Shown here: positions 57,978-64,000 of the stretch, in pieces
Layout: each line of letters begins with the position of its first letter
How positions within the stretch are numbered: position 1 is the stretch's first letter
Source: Pseudomonadota bacterium
GTDB lineage: Bacteria > Myxococcota_A > Polyangia > Polyangiales > JAFGIB01
Assembly: GCA_017881185.1 (NCBI GenBank)
Contig: JADGRE010000002.1
Coordinates: 9,158-73,157 of the forward strand
Length of the DNA stretch: 64,000 bases
Direction: 5' to 3'
Made by a program: the position numbers and the translations under genes
The notes under the pieces: generated by a model
What the model was told of the DNA's origin: nothing
The model's input: the letters and a program-made list of their open reading frames with translations, nothing else
Database searches by the model: none

Positions 57978-59890
57978 GTCGGAGCCTCGCTCTTGGGGGC
58001 GCTACGCGCGAGACCGTCTACGAGGCTTGTGCCGCGCGCCAGCAGCGCCTGCATGTCTTGCGCGCTCACGGCAGCGGAGCTGAAGCGGGCGAAGTCGCAG
58101 CGCTCGAGCACGTCGAGCAGCTCGCGGATGGCGCCATCGGGCACGCCGTGTGCATCGAGCGCCGCCCGCAGCTGCGGTCGCGTGAGGCCGGCCGCCACCA
58201 CCGACAGGCGCGCGTCGAGCGCGGTATGCAGTGCTGCCGCAAGCTCGGCATGGAAGCGCTTGGCGTCCTGCGCTTCGAGGCCGGCTTTGGCCTGTGCGAG
58301 CTTGGTGCGGGCGACGCGCAAGGCTTCGCGTGGGCCGCCGCGCTGTCTGCGCTCGCGCACACGACGCTGCATGGCGGGTACGCTGATGCTCAAGAGCCAC
58401 AAGAACGGCGCCGCACCGAGGCCCCAGGCATACGAGGGCTGGTCCGCCAGCTTCGCTTGCTTGCGCGCGAAGGCGGCGTGTGTGCGGATCGGCGGCCAGC
58501 TCTCTTCGTCGCCCGGCACTGCGACGTCCGGCGCGGTCTGGCTCGGGGTCGGCTCGGTTGGCGCTGCTGCGCGCGCGTTGCCGGCCGCAGTCAGCGTGAG
58601 CGCCGCGCTGCTCACGCGCTTGTAGCTCTGGCTTTGCGGGTCGAAGAAGTCCAGCTGCACGGGCGGAATCGTGTACGTGCCCGGAGCGTTGGGCACGATC
58701 AGCCATGCGAAGCTGCGCGTGCCTTGCACGAGATCATCGGGTGACTCCACCACTTCGTGCGTCTCTGGCTGCAGCACCTCGAGCTTCGGCACACTCGGCG
58801 TGGCGAGCGCGAGTGCACGCACGTTGCCTCTGCCGCGCACAGTGGCTGTGAGCGTCACTGCGTCGCCCGTCACTACCTGGTTGCGGTCGAGTTGTGCCGC
58901 GAGCTCGAAGTTGCCCACGGCCACGTCACCCGCCGGCTTGCCCGTCTCGGGCAGCGGCTTCACGTGCAAGAGCAGGGGTACACCCGTGCGTTGCAGGTTT
59001 GGCTCGGCGTGCGAAGGGTCGAGCAGATCGAAGATGGTCTCGTGGCTGAGCGTGAGGCTCATCGCGCCCAGCACGAGATCGCCGGGCTGGAGGGGGAAGG
59101 CCGCGAAGCGTCGCAGCACGTAGACCCAGAAGCCATGGCCGTTGACCACCTGGCGCGTGGGCTCCATGGAGCGGCGCGCGGCGAGCAGGTCGTGGGTCCA
59201 GAAGCCGTCGGTGGAGGCTTCGGTACGCACCTCCGGCATCTGTTGCAGGTTACGGTGCGTGTAGAGGTAGATCGTGGCGGTGACCTGCTCGCCCTGGTAC
59301 GGCGAGGTCTTGTCGACGACGGTACGCAGGAACGCGTCGGCGTCGAAGGTCGCGGCGTCGCCGGTGGCTTGCGGTGTCGTGGTGGGCGGCTGGACCTGTG
59401 CAGCTGTTGGCGGCTGCTGGCCCGGAGCTTGCTGATCGGGCGGTGCGCCCTGGCCCGGCGGCTCTTGGGCGCCTGCGCCGTGCACGGTCAGCGTGAGCGC
59501 CTGGCTCTGGAACACCTTCTGGCCGACCGTCACGCGCACGGGCTTGATGGGAAAGCGGCCCGGGGCGCGCGGCACGAGCACGAAGATGTACTGCGTGGTC
59601 GAGGTGACCATGGGCGCCTGCTGGCCGAAGCCGAAGGAGAACTGCATCGGGCGCTGCACGCTGCGCTGTACGATCTGAAAGCCGCCAAACTCCGGCACTT
59701 CGATGCGTGGTGAGTCTGCACCCTGCAGCTGCACGCTGATGTTCAGGACGACGCTCTCGCCCATGCTCAGCTCGGTGCGATCGGCCGACATCTCGACCTG
59801 CACCTGAGCTTGCGCCTGCACCTGCGCCGCGTATCCGGCACACGCGGCGACCAGGCATCCTGCAAGCAGCCAGCTGTGGCCCGTGCGCAT
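57974..59890 (-). CDS. batD: BatD-like (oxygen-tolerance) protein
   Basis: Signal peptide. Repeated beta-sandwich segments (LSMGESVVLNISV ... GRFPIKPVRV; GDAVTLTATVRGRGN ... PGTYTIPPVQL), TM, and a helical C-terminus. The ATG at 59890 overlaps the batC stop (TGATG). Confidence 0.7.
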   Translation of the reverse strand: MRTGHSWLLAGCLVAACAGYAAQVQAQAQVQVEMSADRTELSMGESVVLNISVQLQGADSPRIEVPEFGGFQIVQRSVQRPMQFSFGFGQQAPMVTSTTQYIFVLVPRAPGRFPIKPVRVTVGQKVFQSQALTLTVHGAGAQEPPGQGAPPDQQAPGQQPPTAAQVQPPTTTPQATGDAATFDADAFLRTVVDKTSPYQGEQVTATIYLYTHRNLQQMPEVRTEASTDGFWTHDLLAARRSMEPTRQVVNGHGFWVYVLRRFAAFPLQPGDLVLGAMSLTLSHETIFDLLDPSHAEPNLQRTGVPLLLHVKPLPETGKPAGDVAVGNFELAAQLDRNQVVTGDAVTLTATVRGRGNVRALALATPSVPKLEVLQPETHEVVESPDDLVQGTRSFAWLIVPNAPGTYTIPPVQLDFFDPQSQSYKRVSSAALTLTAAGNARAAAPTEPTPSQTAPDVAVPGDEESWPPIRTHAAFARKQAKLADQPSYAWGLGAAPFLWLLSISVPAMQRRVRERRQRGGPREALRVARTKLAQAKAGLEAQDAKRFHAELAAALHTALDARLSVVAAGLTRPQLRAALDAHGVPDGAIRELLDVLERCDFARFSSAAVSAQDMQALLARGTSLVDGLARSAPKSEAPT

Positions 59891-60852
59891 CACCAATCCT
59901 TCTCGGGTGCCCGGCGCTCTTGCGCGGCGCGTTGTCGGGCCCTGATGCGCTCGAAGTTTTCCTCACCATCCTGCAGCGAGTCCAGTGCTTGCTTCACGGC
60001 GGCGGGAATCGGCTTCTCGGGCGTGGGCTTGTCCTTCTTGGCTTGCCCTTCCTGTGCCTCGGTCGGCTTGTCCTGCTTCTGCTCTTGCTGCTTCTGCTTG
60101 GCGGCTTGCTCCTGTGCTTGCTTCTGCGCATCGGTCTGGTCGGGCTTCTTCTGCGCGTCTTGCTGCTTCTGCTGGTCTTGCTTGCCGTCCTTTTGCTGAT
60201 CTTGGTCGTCTTTGTTCTGATCTTTGTTCTGGTCTTGGCTCTGGTCTTTGTTCTGATCTTTGTTCTGATCTTGGTCCGGCTTCTTGTCGTGATCCTTCTT
60301 CTGCTGGGCCTGCTTCTTCTTGTCGTCTTCCTGCTTCTGCTTCTGTTCTTCTTCGCGCACGCGGCGCGCGGCCAGCTCCAGGTTCCACGCGGCGTTCGGG
60401 TCGCCCGGGCGCATGCGCAGCGAGCGCTTGGCGGCGTCGACGGATTCCCGGAACAGGCGCTGGGCCTCCTCGTGCTTGTTCTGACTCGCCAGCGCATCGG
60501 CTTGCCGATAGTACGAGAGCGCGAGGTTCTCGTAGGCATCGGCGCGCACGTTTCCGGGCGCCGACGGGCCCGCCGCTGCCAGCAGCGCGTCTTTGGCTTT
60601 TGCGAATTCGCCGAGTCGCAAGAGCGCCAGGCCACGGTCGAGGCTCACGCCGGGCGAGTCGGGCAGCGTGCGGGCCGCGCGGTCATAGCTTTCGAGCGCG
60701 CCCTTGGCATCGCCCTTGGTGAGCTTCTCGTTGCCTGCCTGCACATCGCCGTTGTCGGTGCGCAGCCATGACGGCAGCTCGGCCTGCGCGCTGCCAGGCC
60801 AGAGCAGCGCGAGCACACCTGCGTAACAGAGCGTTGCAGCGCGTCGCCTCAT
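59890..60852 (-). CDS. batC: BatC-like TPR protein with long K/Q/D-rich low-complexity region
   Basis: Signal peptide and TPRs (GDAKGALESYDRAARTLPD ... YENLALSYYRQ), then about 130 aa of KQ(D/E)-rich sequence. Confidence 0.65.
   Translation of the reverse strand: MRRRAATLCYAGVLALLWPGSAQAELPSWLRTDNGDVQAGNEKLTKGDAKGALESYDRAARTLPDSPGVSLDRGLALLRLGEFAKAKDALLAAAGPSAPGNVRADAYENLALSYYRQADALASQNKHEEAQRLFRESVDAAKRSLRMRPGDPNAAWNLELAARRVREEEQKQKQEDDKKKQAQQKKDHDKKPDQDQNKDQNKDQSQDQNKDQNKDDQDQQKDGKQDQQKQQDAQKKPDQTDAQKQAQEQAAKQKQQEQKQDKPTEAQEGQAKKDKPTPEKPIPAAVKQALDSLQDGEENFERIRARQRAAQERRAPEKDW
60207..60277 (-). repeat. About six imperfect tandem copies of a 12-nt unit (gtctttgttctg / atctttgttctg) encoding (D/S)Q(N/S)K repeats
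   Basis: Read directly in gtctttgttctgatctttgttctggtcttggctctggtctttgttctgatctttgttctgatcttggtc. Translates to DQNKDQNKDQSQDQNKDQNKD on the minus strand. Confidence 0.7.
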
Positions 60853-61916
60853 GGGCTCGGCTCCTTGCGCTTGCCGAGCAAGCCGCCGAACAATGCTTCC
60901 GGCAGCAACGCCTCGAGCAACACCAGCAAGAAGGCGATGAGCAGCACCGGCGCGTAGCGTTCCTCGTGCACGGTCACTTTGCGCGCCTTGAGCTCGGTCT
61001 GCTTCATGCGTCGCATCTCGGCGCGAATCTGGTCGAGGCCCACGCTGCCGCGGCCCGCGGCGAAGTACTTGCCCCCCGTCGCTTGCGCGATCTTGCGCAG
61101 CTGGGTCTCGTTGTCGGCGGTCAGCGAGCTGAGCACCGGGTTGCCGGCGTTGTCGCGCATGTAGCCGGTCCAGGTGCCGTCGTCGGTGAGCGTCGGAATC
61201 GGCTCGCCGGTGCGCGTGCCGATGCCCACGGCGTAGACGCGCGCACCGATCTTCGCGAGCTCTTCGGCGGCAGCCACCGGGTCGCCTTCGTGGTCTTCAC
61301 CGTCGGTCAGCAGGATCACCACGCGCGCGCGCTGAGCCTTCTCACCTTCGGTGGTCTGCGTGGTGGAGCGCTCCAGCAAGCGCTTGCTCGCAGTGAGCGC
61401 GCGACCGATGGCCGTGCCGCCCACGGGCATGTCGTAAGGGCCCAAGTCGCGGAAGAAGAGCGTGGCCGCCGAGTAGTCCACCGTCATCGGGAACTCCATG
61501 GTCTCGCCCGCGAACGCCACCATGCCCACGCGGTCGCCGCCGAGCTCGTTCAAGAACGCGGTGACCTCGGCCTTGGCGCGATCGATGCGACTGGGGCGCA
61601 CGTCGCGCGCGAGCATGCTCTTGGAGAAGTCGAGCGCGATCACCACGTCGACGCCGCGCTTGCGCAAGAGGCGCGTGCGCGAGCCGTACTGCGGGCGCGC
61701 CAGCGCGATGACAGCGAAGGCGACGCCCAGGAGAATCACGATCGCACGCGTGGCACGCATGCCGGTCGGTCGGCCAACCTGCAGGCGTTGCAGGGCCTCA
61801 CGCGCACCGAAGCGTTGCGTTGCGCGCTGCCGCAAGCGAAAGCCGATGAACATCGCGACGCCGAGCAGCGGCACCAGCAACAGCAGCCACAAGAGCGATG
61901 GCGAATGCCAGCTCAT
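60849..61916 (-). CDS. batB: BatB-like membrane vWA protein
   Basis: Two N-terminal TM helices. MIDAS motif VVIALDFSKSM ... ILLTDGEDH. The ATG at 61916 follows GGAGG and overlaps the batA stop (ATGA). Confidence 0.75.
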   Translation of the reverse strand: MSWHSPSLLWLLLLVPLLGVAMFIGFRLRQRATQRFGAREALQRLQVGRPTGMRATRAIVILLGVAFAVIALARPQYGSRTRLLRKRGVDVVIALDFSKSMLARDVRPSRIDRAKAEVTAFLNELGGDRVGMVAFAGETMEFPMTVDYSAATLFFRDLGPYDMPVGGTAIGRALTASKRLLERSTTQTTEGEKAQRARVVILLTDGEDHEGDPVAAAEELAKIGARVYAVGIGTRTGEPIPTLTDDGTWTGYMRDNAGNPVLSSLTADNETQLRKIAQATGGKYFAAGRGSVGLDQIRAEMRRMKQTELKARKVTVHEERYAPVLLIAFLLVLLEALLPEALFGGLLGKRKEPSP

Positions 61917-63028
61917 GGCCACCTCCGCTGCAGCAGGTTCGCGGCGAAGATCTCGAGCAACAGTAGCAAGAGCGCCGGCGCTAGAAACGCGGGAAATAGC
62001 TCGCCGTACACGCGCCCGGCGTCTTCGATCTGCGACTTCTGCAAGCGGTCGAGGATGACGTGGAACGAGCGCTCGAGCGCTTCGCGGTTGGCGACCTGGA
62101 AGGCCTCGCCACCCGTCAGCGCGGCGACCTTCTTCAGCAGCTCCGGGTTCACCGGGAAGTTGCCTTTGTCGAAGAGCGGGCGGCCGAAGAGATCGAGCCC
62201 GGACTGCACCGGCGCGTCATCGGTGCGCCCCATCAAGATCGTGTAGACCTTCACGCCCAGGGTCTTGGCGAAGTCCGCGGCTTGCAGCGGCGAGACGTTG
62301 CCGCTGTTGGAGTCACCGTCGGTCAACAGGATGACCACCTTGCTCTTGGCATCGGAGTGGCGCAGCCGGTTGAGCGCGACGCCGATGCCGTTGCCGATGG
62401 CTGTGCCGCGGCCTTCGATGACGCCCAGCTGCAGCTCGTTGATCATGCCGCGCAGCGCTTCGTGATCGGTGGTGAGCGGCAAGAGCGTGTGCGCGTCGCG
62501 GCCGAAGATCACTGCGCCGATGCGGTCGTTCGGGCGCTTGGAGATGAAGTCGTCGACCACGGCTTGGGTCGCGTTGAAGCGGTTGGGGCGAATGTCGGCC
62601 GCTTGCATCGACAGCGAGAGATCCAGCGTGAGCACGATGTCGATGCCCTGCACCTCGGTCACGTCCCGCGCGTGGATGCTCTGCGGACCCATCAGCGCCA
62701 GCGCCATGAGCAGCACCGCGACCACGCGCGCAGCCACCAGCGCCGGCTCGAGCCACACGCGCATGCCCTGCGGCAGTGCAGCCAAGTCGCGCGCGCGCGA
62801 CATGCGCAGGCGCGGTGCGCGGCGCCGGCGCAGGTGGCCACGCACTACGAGCACGAGCAGCGCTGCGCTCAGCAAGCAACCGGCCAGAGGCCGCTCGAAG
62901 CGCAGGTTGTGCGTGGTGAGCGGAACCTCGTAGTAGCTCTCGACGGTCCACGCCACGAGCATGCCGGTGAGTGCGGCAAGCGCGAGGCTCAGCAGTGCGG
63001 GACGTAAAATCGGAAGCCAGCGGCTCAT
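61913..63028 (-). CDS. batA: BatA-like membrane vWA protein
   Basis: N-terminal TM helices. MIDAS motif IVLTLDLSLSM ... ILLTDGDSNSG. C-terminal TM. ATGA overlap with the upstream gene. Confidence 0.75.
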   Translation of the reverse strand: MSRWLPILRPALLSLALAALTGMLVAWTVESYYEVPLTTHNLRFERPLAGCLLSAALLVLVVRGHLRRRRAPRLRMSRARDLAALPQGMRVWLEPALVAARVVAVLLMALALMGPQSIHARDVTEVQGIDIVLTLDLSLSMQAADIRPNRFNATQAVVDDFISKRPNDRIGAVIFGRDAHTLLPLTTDHEALRGMINELQLGVIEGRGTAIGNGIGVALNRLRHSDAKSKVVILLTDGDSNSGNVSPLQAADFAKTLGVKVYTILMGRTDDAPVQSGLDLFGRPLFDKGNFPVNPELLKKVAALTGGEAFQVANREALERSFHVILDRLQKSQIEDAGRVYGELFPAFLAPALLLLLLEIFAANLLQRRWP

Positions 63029-64000
63029 GGCTCGCCTCCGCGCTCACCGGGCGCCGGCTCGGGTGTGCTGCTGACGGCGGCGGGCGTCGCAGGCGCGACT
63101 GCTGCCCCTGCTGGACCGACCGGCGGCGCGACCGGCACAGGCCGGTTGCCCTGCACGAGATCGTGCGCCTTGCCGAAGATCAGATCGGCTTCGTCTTGAT
63201 CCGGTTCCACCTTGGCGAACTTCACGAGGTCGCAACGCCCGAGAAACACCGAGACTTCTTGCGTGAACGCGACGCCGGCGTTGCGTTGCCGCAAGAGACC
63301 GAGCATCTCGTCGCTGGTCGTTTCGAGGCCCTCGAACCCATAGCGCCCGCCCAGGTACTCGCGCACCACGTCGCTGACCTGATCCACGAACAGCCCGCCG
63401 CGGCCCTCTTCCAGCATGCGTTGCTTCTGCCGGCGCAGCTCGCCCAGCTTCTCGACGGCGATCTCCCACGCTGGCCGCTTCGGCACGGGTGGCGGCGCCG
63501 GCTTCGGCCGGCGTTGCAGGTAACGCGACACCAGCAAGGTGAGCCCGGCGATCAGCGCGATGGCCGCGAGGCCCGACGCGATGTACACGGGCCACCAGTT
63601 GTCCTGCTTCACGCCGACGGGCTTGGTCTGCAGCTTGGGCTGGGCGTTCGGCTCGTTCGCGATCCAGGAGCGCACCGCGTAGGGCAGCTCCTGCGTCTTC
63701 ACCTGCGCCACCACGCCGTCTTTGGTGACGACGCGCAGCTCGATGGCTGGCACGGGCTTGTCGGTCGGCTCGAGCGCGAGCAGCTCCAGATCGAAAACGA
63801 AGCGCTGGTGATTGCCGCTCGGCGGTTCCACGCGCGCGCGCTTCTGGTGCACCTCGAAGGGCGCGAAGCTCTGCTCGGAGACCGTGACGTCGTCGCCGAG
63901 CAGCGCGTCGGCTGTGATCTGAAGATGCGCGAGCTCGCCGGTGTGCAAGGTGTGCGATGGGTCGAGCGTCACGTGCAAGCGTGGCTGGTGCTCCGGCGAG
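63025..64000 (-). CDS. Bat-operon membrane protein (DUF4381-like C-terminal half), 5'-truncated by the window edge
   Basis: The frame stays open to position 64000. Single TM WWPVYIASGLAAIALIAGLTLLV, followed by PPPVPKRPAWEIAVEKLGEL...CDLVKFAK. The N-terminal part is beta-rich. Confidence 0.6.
   Translation of the reverse strand, partial: SPEHQPRLHVTLDPSHTLHTGELAHLQITADALLGDDVTVSEQSFAPFEVHQKRARVEPPSGNHQRFVFDLELLALEPTDKPVPAIELRVVTKDGVVAQVKTQELPYAVRSWIANEPNAQPKLQTKPVGVKQDNWWPVYIASGLAAIALIAGLTLLVSRYLQRRPKPAPPPVPKRPAWEIAVEKLGELRRQKQRMLEEGRGGLFVDQVSDVVREYLGGRYGFEGLETTSDEMLGLLRQRNAGVAFTQEVSVFLGRCDLVKFAKVEPDQDEADLIFGKAHDLVQGNRPVPVAPPVGPAGAAVAPATPAAVSSTPEPAPGERGGEP

Overview
GC-rich, densely coding chromosomal segment with about 50 CDSs on both strands. 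All functional calls come from reading motifs by eye; no database search was possible.

It looks myxobacterial. The evidence is a MYXO-CTERM-type Cys/TM/Arg tail on a GH44 glycosidase, three Hanks-type Ser/Thr kinases with Ala/Pro-rich tails, Cys-rich lipoproteins, and a Bat/aerotolerance-type operon.

Housekeeping anchors are rlmN, def, glpD, gcvP and mfd. I found no rRNA, tRNA, CRISPR array, transposase or integrase. Most of the long Arg/Ala-rich ORFs in the six-frame track are shadow frames of real genes.

Most interesting observations:
1. An orphan tubulin/FtsZ-superfamily GTPase with a disordered linker and a C-terminal HEAT-like tail, outside any cell-division context (16610-18139).
2. 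An FHA-GGDEF diguanylate cyclase translationally coupled to a Ser/Thr kinase, with a second kinase just upstream (25020-29677).
3. A stand-alone proteasome-beta/HslV-like Ntn hydrolase with Ser after the initiator Met (13568-14146).
4. A metzincin ORF with an internal MYXO-CTERM-like signal followed by a second secreted-looking domain (18809-20155).
5. An AlkB-type hydroxylase divergently paired with a CxxHxxC ferredoxin and an FAD reductase, across a low-GC region holding two palindromes (5862-8743).
6. A lipoprotein / AAA+ / vWA module (20379-24153).
7. A nine-gene, start/stop-overlapping Bat operon extended by a CheY-like receiver and two parvulins (54523-64000).
8. Several non-coding repeat structures: an 11-nt x3 direct repeat at 1584-1616, a 25-nt perfect inverted repeat at 37235/37337, and a 15-bp inverted repeat upstream of rlmN.
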